Origin: Octopus sinensis
Taxonomy: Eukaryota
DNA length: 64,000 bases
Direction of reading: 5' to 3'
NCBI RefSeq assembly: GCF_006345805.1
Contig: NC_042999.1
Location: forward strand, 103,602,001-103,666,000
Positions 38,526-53,539 of this stretch are shown one piece after another. The notes under the pieces were generated by a model. It was given only the letters and a program-made list of their open reading frames with translations, had not been told where the DNA came from and did not search any database. The translations under genes were made by a program, and so were the position numbers. The stretch's first letter is position 1; the number at the start of each line of letters is the position of its first letter.

Positions 38526-40066
38526 CTATGTTTAGATCTAGGAATAAAACACCTGATAATAATAGAAAGTAAATATCGATTGAAATGCAAAGTTAAATAT
38601 TAAACGTGTCTATAGCTAAAGATGAAGTTAATAACCCCAAAATTTATAATCGCATTAACAACAATTCATCTCTCAGGCATTGAGACATTTTAGAGTATAC
38701 TACATGAGAAATTATTGACTTCATAGTCCGTCACGAAAGTTCATATGATATATCATTATATCCTTCGTCATTTTCCTGTTTAATTCTTTTTCTTATGCAA
38801 TTTTAACTACTCAGATTTTGGTAGGGAATTCAAATAAACCCTAAGATAGTGTACTTATGTGGCACATAAATGATTGGATTCTAGTTTGATCTTTTCACAA
38901 CCCTTTTTCTTTATGCTTGTAGGTCTGTGCATTTCTCTATCACTATATTTCTTTAAACGCTGATAGGTGTATATAAACACTGATATACACATACGCAGAC
39001 TCGATGAAGCAAGCACACACACGCACGTGTACAGAAACACACTTTTACACGTACATATATGCATGCATACAAACATTTAGACTATATCTGTAGACATTAG
39101 ATATAAATATAGATAGAATGTAAATAGAAAGTGAAAAAGAAAAAAAGTCGTATGGAAAAAACCTTAACTATTTACAGACACAGCCATACATATAAACACA
39201 CACACACATGCATAACACACGCGAGCATACATAAAATAACACACATATCGGTGTGCAGGGAATGATAGAAAGAGCGAGTGAACAAGTGAGAGAGAGAGAG
39301 AGAGTAGAGAGAGAGAGAGAAGAAAAGAGAGAAAGAGAAAGAGTGAGAGAGAAAGAAAGAAAAGCTATGCTAACTGATATATTCAGGTAAATCAATGAAA
39401 ACGAAAAGAAAGTTAAACTGATATCTCAATAGATAAATAGATAAGTAGATAGATAGGAAGAATTTTCAGATATATAGATCACGATATATAAATTACATTA
39501 ACATATCTCATTAATCAGACTATTTAATTTATTGAATGAATTATTAAAACGCGTGTGTATGTGTCTGTTTTTCTCTTTTTAATGTATTGAGTTAATTTTA
39601 ACCGGCCACCTATTCGATAGCGTGGCTATGAAGGAAAGTGTCATGTTTTGTTTGTCTTCCTTAAAATCATAAAAAGATCTTTCAGATATACTGTCTTCTT
39701 AGATGTACTGTGTCTGAATAAATGATTGAGATATGCACGGCTGGAATATATTTGATTATACGTATGCTATATCAAAACATGGCTCGGGCTAAATAATAAT
39801 TTGGATTGTTATTTGTGCATAAACCAAAATCCCATGGTATATAGGATTGTCTTAAGAATGTAAAAGCAAAAATAATGTTACTGTCTTGGAACAATCGAAC
39901 ATACTGTATTTTTGAGAGGAGGACATAGCTTTTGGTTTATGATCACTAGTATCTTTACTACTTAGGAGCAATTACCGGAGATCTACATGTTATAAGTATT
40001 CAAGCATAATTCATTCCCTACTTGCTTACGTCTGTTTCACAGAGATATTGTCACACACACATACAC

Positions 40067-40146
<80 letters not shown>

Positions 40147-40254
40147 ATATAATATATATTATATATATATATGGGTGTGTACATACACATACTGAAATCT
40201 GTATCTATCTATCTGTATATATATATTATATATATATATAATATATAAGTTCAG

Positions 40255-40609
40255 TAAAAATTTAGATTCAGTTGAATATGGTACTTAAGTTAAAGGCATT
40301 GGAATTTGATATGGTATTATCCATATAAATCAAAACGGGGTGATTATAATCAAAATAAGCACCAAGGATATCCAATGGTAGTGCAGTACAATCGTTTCAT
40401 GAGACTTCATTTATTTAAACATCAGTGTTAAAATGTAGAGCAATCTTCAGCTGCATATTGAATTTTTTAGTTAAATTGAAAATATTCATTTTTATACTTA
40501 TTCCATTTATCAATTTAAAACTGATGTAATACTTGCATTGTTTATTTAAATGAAGTCGCTTGAAACGATTGTACTGCACTACCTTTGGATATCCTTGTTG
40601 CTTATTTTG

Positions 40610-40611
<2 letters not shown>
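40255..40611. mobile_element. ORF-less PLE terminus with an inverted partial copy (40349-40420 / 40540-40611), between (TA)n tracts
   Basis: Shares tgaatatggtac, ggggtgattataa and GAAA-cgattg-TA with the 647-4546 element. Confidence 0.8.
40382..40455 (-). ncRNA. Hammerhead with intact core and weak helix II
   Basis: tgcag-CTGAAGA-ttg..cat-GAAA-cgattg-TA-ctgca. A 3' half only (GAAA-cgattg-TA-ctgca) is repeated at 40562-40578 (+). Confidence 0.7.
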
Positions 40612-40674
<63 letters not shown>

Positions 40675-42988
40675 GGATGTGTACATATGTGTGTCTGTGT
40701 TATTTATGGGGAACTGCCACATGAAGCTCACCTTTTAAGAGAAGCTATAAAGATCTTTGGCACTCCACTCATCTCTTGACAAACTTACAAAAAAAACGAA
40801 AACAAGAGAAAAGGTTTACATCAATGAAATATCATATCTTCCCTTTCTATTTGAGAACGTTGCACATCTAGTGCGATTGAGAAGGCCTCTTTTAAGTCGC
40901 TCGGGCTGCTAGAAATAGCAACCAGGTGGACATAAATAAAACTTTAAAAAGGGGAAGAGCACATTAAATAACATGATCTTATACATACTTTGCCCGAAAG
41001 AAAAAGACAAGATGTTTGCGGCTGAAATATCATTCATCATATGTTTTCTCGATTCGAGCAAAACTGTGACAAAGCTAGAACACCAGCAGCAGCAACAACA
41101 GCCATAAACTAACACACCTCACACAATTTTTTCTTTGCACTATTGATTCTTGACGATAAAATGCAAAAACATTTTTTCAAATTCTAGTGAATAAAATCGA
41201 TTATCTTAAGGAAGTTTCATTAACAACAATGACGGGCCTATGATACTGGATCAAACTTGTAGAATTTTACCATATCATTATTTTCTCTTTTATTGCCTCT
41301 CCTTATATTTTCTTTCTTTCTGATTTTTTTTTCTTTTTCCCTCCACAGTACGTGATTTATGATGAAAAAATCACATTCTGTTAACGATGCATCTTCCACT
41401 CCTCTTTGTGTTCTCATCAGAATATTACGAGGGAGAAAATAAAAAGAAGGAAAATATCACAACTACAGAATTAACTGCTAAAATTGTAATGTGAATGATT
41501 ACAGGAACGACTTGTAGAAGTTACTCTAAGTAGATGAAATGGCAGGAGCACTGTAGTCTAATTAGTAACACGGTCACCGACATAAGATAAAGTAATTAAT
41601 AGTCTTGTCACTGGGTAAGCTGCACTTGGCAATTCTATAGTATTATTATAAAAGTAGCACAAACAGTGTTTGCGATGTCCCGTATACTAGACACTAGATG
41701 GAGGTTATCATATACATAGGAAAAGAGAAAGGCAGAATTGATAGCGCTAACAAGAAAATCATTTATATTTATCGTTTGTATCTTCATATTCTGAGTTCAA
41801 ATCTGTCCAAATCGCTTTTGTTTTTTATGCTTCCGATCAGAGGTAGACAAAATAAGTAATAAACTTTAAGGTCAATATAATCAACTATATCCTTAAAAGG
41901 TGTGATCTAACAAGGTCACGATCTAAAAAGGTCACGGACTTAAATCAGTAGAATAATAAAGGCAGGTGAAGGATTATGCAACGTGAGTTAGCGATAAGAA
42001 CATGCGATTAACTGTAAAGAAGCATCTTATTGATCATTTCATTGAAAACTGGCATTGCGAGCAATTCTGTGCGTAATATCAATGGAAGTATAACCTACAG
42101 AAAACACACACGCACACGCACAAGCACACGCACAAGCACACGCAAAACATACATATGTAGATAGGTGTGTGTGTGTGTTTATGCATTGAAAAACAGCCAA
42201 TGAATTCAGTGTTGTGTTTCTGAATTTTATGTAGTAGAATACGAGAAATGTGGTTCCTATACTTCAGACAATATTACAAAATAAAGAAAGAAAGATTGGG
42301 TGGAGGCGGGAGCGAGATGTTAAATCTCAACAAATATAAACTCTAAATCATGTATTGAGTGCTCTTCTATTTCTACACTTAAACGTGTGTGCATAGAGAT
42401 ATATATGTGATGTGTGTGTGTATATGCGTATATACATACGTCTGTCTGTGTGTATGTCTGTATATGCATACGTGTGTGTGTGTGATCTGTATATGTGTAT
42501 TCGTGTTTTTGCGCGTATACGCATTTGCGAGCGCGCAAATAAAATGAAGGCACTTACCTAAACATACATATACACACATACGAATGCATAACTGAAATCT
42601 GTCATCAAAAGGAATATCTTTTAATGCAAATGAGCGCATGGGGAAATAGGTAAAATGTGCCTTGTAACAAAGATAAAAACTGACGCGAAAAAAAATCAAG
42701 ATAATGATGATTACTTGAAAATCTTATGTCAAAGGATCGAAAATGTACTCTGATATACTTTCAAGTTAATAACCAAATACATCCACGTATTCTTTAGAGT
42801 CTCTTTTCGCAATTTTATCTTTCATGTGCAACCGGATTTTTATTTTTTTTTATTTTTAAATATTACATATTCTTTTCCATTCAAATAAAAATGAAAGAAC
42901 AAGGAAAAAAGGGAACTATGTACTAATGCATGAAGTGGGAAAACTATATCCTTTGCTGGTGTTGTTGTTATTATTATTATCATTATTA

Positions 42989-43020
<32 letters not shown>

Positions 43021-43093
43021 CATCATTATTATTATTTGCTTTCAGTTCAAATGTGAATATCTTATCTATATGTGTATATAAATACACACACAG

Positions 43094-43185
<92 letters not shown>

Positions 43186-43190
43186 ATATG

Positions 43191-43226
<36 letters not shown>

Positions 43227-44336
43227 AAATCATTTTATCTTTCTTTTAAGCCTTAACCACACACACAGTGGCATGTGTGTGTGTGTGTGTGTTTTATATG
43301 GACCATACTCACTGTGCTTTTACATCAGGGAGCTATCGCAACACAATATATCACACATCACAAGAATACTTCCATACTCTATAAAATTCCTCACAAAAAT
43401 AGAAGATTAATCAAGGAAGCCACATTCGTATCGTAACACAATGCCAAAATAAACACGCAAATATCACATACATCAAAAATAATTAATACATGGCTACTAA
43501 TATAAAACACTAACAGTCAACGATTTAGACGATAAACACAACATCAATTTTATTGCGACAAAACAAATTAACAGGTGACAGCTAATGTAGAAGCCTAACA
43601 GTCAAAAACCCTTTGGCGTTAATCGATACAAAACTTTCACTATTATATAAGAAGCAAAGCAGAAACCAAATTTCTGTCATATTCTAAAAATTTGACTGCG
43701 GCGGTCTTGTAACGTTAAATGTTTCAAACTGCAAGAAACCGATACGAAAATAAGAAAAATCTATAATAAAGAAAGAACTAGAACATATTCGTGTTTTTAA
43801 CGCAGTACATATATATAGCCATCTTTCTCTGGGTATGTGTATATGTGTATGCATATATATGTGTGTGCGTGTGTGTGCGTGCGTGTGTGTGTATCGAAAA
43901 GGCTCCAATGATATGGTTTTCAGTCTCAGATGCACAAAAAGATAGATGTCAATAACAGAACACATTGCTGACCTGGGGAAGGCGTGTGACACCATATGCC
44001 TTGTCATTACGATTATGTGTGTACCGTATAGTTCAATAAACTAAGTGCGATACTAGACTGCGTCGCAAAGAGATTCATTTTACTGAAACAGATTGACAAT
44101 AGTCGCTTCCATACGAACACTGAGGTAAAACAACAATGTATATGTGTTGTAATTCATACTTCGTTGCTGCGTTGATGTTAGCACTTTTCTGCCACTTCTA
44201 TTTCTCATATTGTTGCTTTTTATCATTTCTACCCATTTTGTAGTTCGGTTATTTTTCAATTTTTTTATTTTGTTTAGAAAGCACATTCATTTTGTAATTA
44301 TGTTGTTTTACTATGGTGCATCAAAGTCATCAAAGT

Positions 44337-44590
44337 CCAATCGAAGTTGGATGTAGAGGAATCATTGGACACAACGTGAGGCGATTGTCGTTGTTACTAG
44401 GCCTAGCTCATCGTAAAGCAAATACTATCATGAGTAATATCCAGACTGCAGGAGATAAGGTAAGCCACTGGAGTTGATTTAAAAGAGACGATGAGCAATA
44501 GCTAGAAGAATATTGAGCAAAATCTAGTAACCAGTTGATCTAAGAAGCGGGATCCCAAACAACGCACATTCTCACCTGATGATCTCATAA
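44337..44590 (+). mobile_element. 3' fragment of a HERO-like RLE non-LTR retrotransposon
   Basis: Frame from 44337 reads PIEVGCRGIIGHNVRRLSLLLGLAHRKANTIMSNIQTAGDKVSHWS*FKRDD. Confidence 0.7.
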
Positions 44591-45071
44591 ACTATGCCCA
44601 GCTTTCAACTAGTAACACTTGTATCTGCAAATTGTTTGCAAAGAATCTGTATATCAGCTTTGTACTAATCAGACTTATACACGCACTCAATCACACACAA
44701 ACCATTTTATTTAATGTAATGTAATGTGACACGTATGTGGATCGTCAGATGCGGTAGAGTGGCAGATAGAAGTCCTTAGCAATCTTTACTTACATTATTT
44801 TACGTTCTGAGTGCAAACTTAAATGTTTTCCTTTCTTCCTAGATCAATGAAATAATCTTCATACTAGGGGTGATATAATCGAAATTTTGAATTTTAGCAT
44901 CCATAAAAGGCGAACAAATTTTACAAAATACTTTGAAGGACATTTTATTAATTATCAGGGCAAAATATTTTATAATTTCATCGTAACGCAAGTATATCTA
45001 TATATGGTCGTAATAAAATTATATACACGTATAAATACCTATATGTGTGTGTAACTAATATAAACACTCTT

Positions 45072-45285
45072 TCGGAGCTGGCAGAATCGTTACCACACCG
45101 GATAAAGTGATTAGAAACATTTCTTCCGTTTTTAAAACTTTTTTACGTTCTGATTTCAATTCCGCTGTAGTCAACTTTACCATTCATCTTTTAGAAGTCG
45201 ATAAAATAAGTACCAGTTTACCACTGAGTGTTCGATGCAATTGGCTGCCCCCGCCTGCAAAATAAGCGGCCGAGTACGTAGGAAG
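45072..45285 (+). mobile_element. SINE family B
   Basis: cggagctggcagaatcgttaccacaccgg..gtcgataaaataagtaccag. Confidence 0.7.
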
Positions 45286-46139
45286 ATTATCTTCTAATTT
45301 CAGTAGGTTTTTGGGATAAAATGTTGTTATCGTTCATTTTACAAAACATCTTGATTCACGGCCTATGATTGCTTCTACCATTCCCATGTATCGCAGTCGC
45401 GTAGTCTTAACATATAATAGGTTGTTCAGGTGAAATTTCATTTTTGGACACTTCGGGAATTTATTAGAAAAAGAAATTCCTTTATTGTATGCTCTTGTTC
45501 ATTTCTTCGCGTTGGTTTCAGAATTATATAGTTCTATTCCTTAAAGGAACTTGATGGAACTGTTTCTTTTCTAATAACACTATTAACTCGGGTTGAAAAA
45601 TTAATCGCAAAGTTTGAGAAAAAAACTACGAACATACAAATTGTAATGAATATCATCGAGCTGAATCGTCAAAAAGACAGAACGGTAGATAGATGGAAGA
45701 AATGTAGCACAGCTTTTTAATGGCATCGTTGTTGTTTGATCAAAACACAACGCTGAGAGAGCAAACCTGTGACCAAAAGGCCTTATAGCCATAACCATTT
45801 CGCCCTCAAAAGTGTGTAAAGCACTGCATTGTCTAATGTGACAGTCATTTTCCAAGACGGTATCGTTTAATCTGAGTGAGATGTAACCCTTATTTCGGCT
45901 GAACAACCTCATCGAGATGCCTTTGCGGTGTTCCTTTTTTATTTTGTTTTATTATTTTTTTTTCATTGTAATCATTTAACATCCGTTTTCCATGCTGGCA
46001 TTGATTCAATATATATTCATTTTTAGTTTCTGAATGCAAATTTCTTTGAGATACTAATATGCCCTTTATATTCTTTTTAGTATTTTAGTAGTTTCACCTA
46101 TTTCATCTAAACCATGCTGGAACACTCACTTCTAACTGC

Positions 46140-46320
46140 GACGACCTATATCGATTATATTGACCTCAGTATGTTGTCAAGTACTTATTTTATTGTCAAT
46201 CAAAGAGGAAAATGGGAAGTTGTAAGTGCGAAATTTGAACTCACAACTTAAAAGAGACGTAACAATACACCACAAAGTATTTTCTCTGACGCTCTACATA
46301 GTCTTCTAAGTTGCCGCCAT
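46140..46320 (-). mobile_element. Degenerate SINE family B
   Basis: gtacttattttattg..aaatttgaactcacaac..aagttgccgccat. Confidence 0.55.
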
Positions 46321-47349
46321 ATTTCTAAAGTTAGATAAATCCCAGTAACGTAAAATAGATCTGAATTTCCAATCTAAAAACATCTCTCGCCATCTGATCA
46401 CAAGAAATATATAATATAATGCACCAGCTGCACCTAGCCAATACTTCCGGGAAACCAATTTTGTTATATTATGTTGTCCTTGTCGGACATCCGCTTATTT
46501 TGGCGTTTATATATTACATTGCTTTCATTTATTCTTCTTTTATTTCCCTTTGTGTCCGTAGTTTTATGTGTTTCTAGAAATAGCTGTTAATTTTCATCTG
46601 TATGAATCTATTCTGCTTCACATTATATCAGAAATTTTGTTTCTACATCTATTTCTTTGTTTCCTAACAGCTCCAAGAAAGACAGTAATTTTGGTCTTAT
46701 TTGTGTGTGTACCTGCCACAATTTGTGCTATAACTTAAAATGTCAATTTTAAAAATGTATTTTCTGTCTTTCACTTAACGATCATTGATTTAGTAGTATA
46801 TTAGAAAGAAATAACAGAGAGTTCAATCCTGTATTTTTCATATTTCACATTCTTTCCTTTTAAAATGTTACATATTTTTGCAAAAAAAGTAATACGTCGC
46901 ACTTATAAATATGTTTTCTTTAACTAGTCTCTAGCTACGATTCTTGAAATGTTTTGCACCACAAACTGCATCCTGACAATCTCCCTCCTCGAATGCGAAC
47001 GACGTTTTCTATTAAAATGCATAAATGAAGATCTGAGCGAATGATGAAATATATTACAATATACACGTTTACATATTTTCATATATGTACACTTATGTAA
47101 ATGCCACACTAATTATTGACTGACACTTAATATAGCGATCTCTGCTTGTTTAAACACATAAACATGAACTTATTGGGCATGAAGGCCTCAACATATACAA
47201 AAATACTTATTTCCTGATCGTTGTAATTACAGACAAAAGTGCACGCCCAAAAGCACACACAAAATATATACATACATTTATTTGTGTCTTTATGTGAGTG
47301 TGTATGTATCACTGTGTAAATATAGAAAGATACACACAGACAGACAAAG

Positions 47350-47812
<463 letters not shown>

Positions 47813-48483
47813 TTGACCTAGGTATATTGTGTATATTTCTTAGTTATGGTGCTATCCGGATGCAGAAAAATACTGGAAACACTGAATACGAGACTTGACA
47901 GAAATGCAAGAGGTTGTTTTACTGAACAAGTTAGAAAGATTAAAATATATTTAGCTGTTCTTAAATGGAATTCGGTGAGAATATCGCGAAAATGGAAAAG
48001 TCGCTTCGAAGAGCAAGACAAACATAAGGAAACCGTTCAGAATGCAACATGATAATAGGTTGAAAATATTGAAAGCACTGATAGCATAATGATCTAGTAC
48101 AAAACCTTGGAAGATCAGTTTTCGAAATTCGAGTTCTGATAAAATCAGAAATTTCCCTCTATTTTAAGTATTGAGTATACTGTCTGATTTGTTTTGTTTT
48201 GTTTTTTCTAGCGTTTTTTTCATGTTCTAGCGTAGACATACGAATGTGTGTGTGTCTATGCTAAAACGTGTGCTCTGTGTGCGCGCGCACGTGTGCACGT
48301 GTTGCAAATAGTGATATTTCACAGATTTATTATTTTAATTTTTAGTAAAGAATTTTCACTTTCGCTAATTCTATACTTTGTTTCCCAATAATTATTGGAG
48401 TTACATACACATGCACACTCACATCCAGACTCACACACACAAACATTCACACATATATGCATGCATTCATATATATACATATA

Positions 48484-48519
<36 letters not shown>

Positions 48520-48534
48520 TATATAATATATATA

Positions 48535-48601
<67 letters not shown>

Positions 48602-49049
48602 TGTAACAGACAATATACCGCTAAATTCACTGTTGGAAAAACAAAAATATATCAATGAAATATGTCAAATTTCAAATAGATTTATATATATGTCAAACTT
48701 TAGACAACTGAAGCGGATTGATATTATAATTACAATGATGGATTAAAAAGTAGTTTTTAAAGTAATCACTAAAGTTGAAATATATTCTTCTTGTTGAAAA
48801 TGCAATATACTTCATTCTAAAGAACATAGTAAGAAAAGAATAGCATAACTATGAACATCTTTTACAATGAATAGAACCGACACACAAACAGGATTTTGTC
48901 ACTTATATCTAGAATAGATAAAATTATGACATTTGATTGCCAGACACGTTCAGGCACCAAATTAAATGTAATACAGTAGTTAATATTATCCCTGTACTTT
49001 CTGAGTTCAAATCGTACCATACGCAAGTTAATGGAAGAAAAACATCAGC

Positions 49050-49395
49050 CTTCGCTGTGTGGTAAGAAGCTTGCTTCCCAACCACATCGTTCGGGGTTCA
49101 ATTCCACTGCGTGGCACCGTGGACGATTACCTTCCGCTATAGCCTCGAGCTGACCAAAGCCTTATTAGTGGATATGGTATATATATATTCATATATGTGT
49201 ATTATGTGTATATGCATGATATATGTAGGTAAACAATACCCAAACTCTATAAAGAGTAATATACAAATAACTGACAAATATAATGTCAAATATAATAGCA
49301 AACTCAATGCCGCAATAAGAACCAGATAAATAGACTAAGGCGGTGCTCCAGCATGGCCGCAGTTGGATGATTGGAACAAGTAAAAGAATAACAGA
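49050..49395 (+). mobile_element. SINE family A, internally interrupted
   Basis: Head gctgtgtggtaagaagcttgcttccc at about 49053; tail ggcggtgctccagcatggccgcag at about 49339. Confidence 0.75.
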
Positions 49396-49544
49396 ACAGA
49401 TAGTATCAAGTAAATTTTTCCTATTATATATGTTGACTGAAATAGTGTACATATAACATTTATTCATCTTGTTATTCTCTATATCTTGTATTTCTTGAGT
49501 GTTCAAAGAAATCGTGACTGATCAATATTATTAGACAGGATTAA

Positions 49545-49990
49545 GACGGTGAGCTGACAGAATCGTTAGCATGCCGGGTAAGATACTTAGCGGCATTTCG
49601 TCCGACTTTACGTTCCGAGTTTAAATTCCGCCGGAGTCGACTTTGCCTCTCATCTTTTCGGGGTCTATAAATTAAGTAGAAGTGAAACACTGAGGTGGTC
49701 GATGTAATAGACTTGATCCCTTCCCCTAGATTTCAGGCCTTGTACCTTTAGCAGAAAGGATTATTAGGTAGAACTCTTAGCACAGTCGTTTACCCGTCGG
49801 ACAAAATGCTAAGTATTCTTTCTTCCGGTTCTTTACGTTCTAAGCTCAAATTCCACCGAGGTCGACTTTACCTGTTATCCTTTCGGAATCGATGAAATAA
49901 TTACCAGTCGATCACTGGAAATGTATCGATATAATCAACTTTGCGCGCCCCTGAAAATCGCTGGCCTTGTACTAAAATTAGAAAGCATTA
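49545..49990 (+). mobile_element. Two tandem SINE family B copies
   Basis: Heads at about 49547 (ggtgagctgacagaatcgttagc) and 49775; both contain gtcgacttt..cctttcgg. Confidence 0.75.
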
Positions 49991-50056
49991 TTGTGCGGTT
50001 GATTGGCAGAGTAATTAGAGAAATAGACAACATAATTGGCAATATTTTGGCTGTGT

Positions 50057-50460
50057 GGTAACAAGTTTCCTTTCCAACCACATGATTCCTGATTCAGTCC
50101 CACAGCATTGCATTTTGGACAAGTGTTCTCTGCTACATCCTCGGGCTGACCAAAGCCGTGTCAGTGTAGACTTGGTAAATAGAAACTGAAAGAAGCCCGA
50201 CGTGTGTTGTATATGTGTATGTATGTATCTGTGTGTGCACGCTTGCGTATGTGTTTATCCCTTATTACTGCTTGACAACTAGTATGGGTGTGATCAAGTC
50301 CTGTAATCTACCGGTTCCGCAATAAGGGACCAATAGAATAAGTACCGGACTGAAGAAAAGAAAATGTATTTGGGATCTCGATTTGTTCGAGTAAAATTCT
50401 TCAAGCTGGTGTCCAAGCATGGCCACAGTCTATTGACTGAAAGAAGTAAAAGGCAAATGA
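50057..50460 (+). mobile_element. SINE family A
   Basis: ggctgtgtggtaacaag..gattcagtcccac..gaaactgaaagaagcccg..caagcatggccacagtc. Confidence 0.8.
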
Positions 50461-51056
50461 TAAATGATATTTACTTTCGAATCTTTAAATTCCTGTTTCA
50501 GCTTCCGCCCACGTCACCATATAAAAAACGAAAACACATCTGGTGTAAACTCTAGTGCTTTAGGTAATGCCTACCGACGCTCATTGAATCACAAAGAGAA
50601 CAACGTAACCCATATCAGCGCACTTTTCCTTCTAAATCGATCTTTAACATGCTTTCTCTACACAGAATCACTAAGAATCACCAGGAATCGCAACATGTCA
50701 TTTTCACAATATGCCATTTAGGTTAAAGTTACCGATATTTGATTTTCCGAACATGTCATACTGATGTTCATCCCTGTGAATTTGGATAACAAAAACAAAA
50801 AAAATTAGATACAAATACAAATACCCCGTAAGTTACCTTTCACATACCTGCTTTTAGTTCAATAAAAGAATTCGCGGATACTACGTTCTATAAAAATCAA
50901 TAAGAAATTCTAGAAGAAAAATGCAAGGAAATGTTTGATAAAGTAAGATAATGCGTGCTGAAGAATTCTGTTTAGATTAGGATATTTAAACAAACAAACA
51001 AACATAATTTTTGAAAAAATGATTTTTCTTTCTCTTTTTTATTTATTGATGTAGGC

Positions 51057-51415
51057 ACAGGTATGGCTATGTGTTTAAGAAGCTGGTTTCTCGACTACGT
51101 AGTTTCAGGTTCAGCCCCACTGCATGGCACCTTGGGAAAATGTCTTCTACTATAGTTCCGGATCCATCAAGGCCTTTTGGGTGGATTTGGTAGACGGGAA
51201 CTGTGTTTCGGTGTTTGCCCTACACACTGCCTGATAAACGGTGATGGTTTGTTTATGTCCCCATGACCTAGAAATTCGGCAAACAAACTGATAGAATAAG
51301 TACCAGGCTTAAAAAATAAGTACTGTCGGTGATATGTTCATCTGAGCTCTCTTCAAAGCGGTGCCCCAGCGTCACCAGAAACCAATGACTAGAACAAGTA
51401 AAAGATAAAAGATAC
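51057..51415 (+). mobile_element. SINE family A
   Basis: caggttcagccccactgcatggcaccttggg..gatagaataagtaccagg..gcggtgccccagc. Confidence 0.8.
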
Positions 51416-51558
51416 CAAATTATATATTAGCCGATGTTAGTTATGAGAATCTTCTAAAGATAAACGAGTTGCTAAAGAGAAACAACACAGAAATTCATGT
51501 TTTACATTAAATAAAAGCAAACTATATGATATTGCTGAATGTAATCAAATATATACCT

Positions 51559-51605
<47 letters not shown>

Positions 51606-51757
51606 GGTATGTAGAAAAATACAACATGGACAAGAACGTATAACTCTTAGAAGACGATACAATAAACATGGACAGGACATTCGAACCCCTCAGTCTTCAG
51701 TCAAGAACCGGATCATCGTAGTAATTTCGGCTGATTAATCTTGAGATTACTAGATCA

Positions 51758-51798
<41 letters not shown>

Positions 51799-52159
51799 TT
51801 CATTTACTCACTTACGCATTTTACATATGTGTGTACATGAATTTATAGGTATATGTATAAGTGTTTATATACATCTGTTTGTGCATGCGTGTGTGCGAGT
51901 GTATGTGTGTGTGCGTGTGTGTGTGAGCGTGCGTGTGTTTGTGTGTATGTTCGTTTGTGTTATGACTTTTGTCTCCGGGGAAACAAGTGTTGTATCATAT
52001 AGCCATGTTGTGTAAAGACAGTAAGCAAGAAAACACTAATTATATAGATTGATTTATTTCTTAGAATGAATAACTGAGATCACCTGTTCCAAACCACTTT
52101 CTCATTCTTTCTCCTCCTTCTCTTTCTCCTGCTCCCTCCCTCACTTCTCTCTCTTTTCC

Positions 52160-52191
<32 letters not shown>

Positions 52192-52196
52192 ATAAT

Positions 52197-52432
52197 ATTC
52201 TTTTACTTGTTTCAGTCATTTGGCTGCAGCCATGCTGGAGCACCGCCTTTAGTCGAACAAATTGACCCCAGGATTTCTTCTTTGTAAGCCTAGTACAGTT
52301 AAGTTACGGGAACGTAAACACAACAACATCGGTTGTCAAGAGATGGTGAGAGGACAAGCACAGACACAAGGCTTCGGGCGGACTGAACCCGCAACCATGT
52401 AGTTGGGAAACAAGCTTCTTACCATACAGCTA
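52197..52432 (-). mobile_element. SINE family A, internally deleted
   Basis: cagtcatttggctgcagccatgctggagcaccgcc..ggactgaacccgcaaccatg. Confidence 0.75.
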
Positions 52433-52924
52433 TATCTATATGTATACATACATACGCGCACGCACACATATACATGAGTGTGTGAGCGCGCGCGGGTATA
52501 TAATTTAGTTTGGTGTTCCGTCATTGGACTTCGCAATTGCACTGGAAAACTACCTTCAATGGATTTTACTTGGACATACCGATCCCAGAATTTATTTCGG
52601 TTTGGTAATCTTTTATCAAACACTGTTTAACCGAATCGTGTATTATCTTTTGATGTATAGAAACAATAGTCTACGCAGCTACATACAAATATAGTACACA
52701 CACGCTCACATACACACACACGCTTATATATATATATATATATATATATACATACATAATACATACATACATATATATACATACATACATACATACATAC
52801 ATACATACATACATACATACATACATACATACATACATACATACATACATACATGCACGTGAGTACGAGTAACCGACAATCCTAGGCAAATATATGTTTG
52901 CTCCATACTTTTACCACGAGCAGT

Positions 52925-53311
52925 GGAGGCGCAATGGCCCAGTGGTTAGGGCAGCGGACTCGCGGTCGTAGGATCGCGGTTTCGATTCCCAGACCGGGCG
53001 TTGTGAGTGTTTATTGAGCGAAAACACCTAAAAGCTCCACGAGGCTCCGGCAGGGGATGGTGGTGATCCCTGCTGTACTCTTTCGAAACAACTGTCTCTC
53101 ACTCTTACTTCCTGTGTCTGTTATACCTGTATTTCAAAGGGCCGGCCTTGTCACTCTCTGTGTCACGCTGAATATCCCCGAGAACTACGTTAAGGGTACA
53201 CGTGTCTGTGGAGTGCTCAGCCACTTACACGTTAATTTCACGAGCAGGCTGTTCCGTTGATTCGTATCAAGCGGAACCCTCATCGTCGTAACCGACGGAG
53301 TGCTTCCATCC
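52925..53311 (+). mobile_element. Intact-looking tRNA-derived SINE family C
   Basis: A box tggcccagtgg 52935-45, B box ggtttcgattcc 52978-89, GC-rich body, ends at (CATA)/(TA)n. Confidence 0.85.
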
Positions 53312-53314
53312 ACA

Positions 53315-53365
<51 letters not shown>

Positions 53366-53539
53366 CATGCAAGATGATTAGAATCACCAGATACAATGAT
53401 TTCGTTGCCAGTCGGGGGAAAATGTCATTTCTGATATTCTTAAAGAAAGGAGATATAAAGATTCTTCCGTTGAATGGAAAGTAGGTGTATGAAACAGATG
53501 CCCGCAAAATCGGTCTTTCACACTAGACGGTAACTTATC

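Noticed and set aside
41290-41400. Strong acceptor-like pyrimidine tract ending ccacAG
   Set aside because: All frames stop quickly and no receptor-like peptide follows.
44576-44600. CTGATGA in the HERO-like 3' UTR
   Set aside because: No downstream GAAA or helix II.
51601-51760. Cassette between TA tracts with tcttcag and tttcgg words
   Set aside because: The core words are in the wrong order for a type I fold; probably a repeat tail.
52925-53000. tRNA gene
   Set aside because: A and B boxes are present but there is no matching 3' acceptor stem; it runs into a SINE body.
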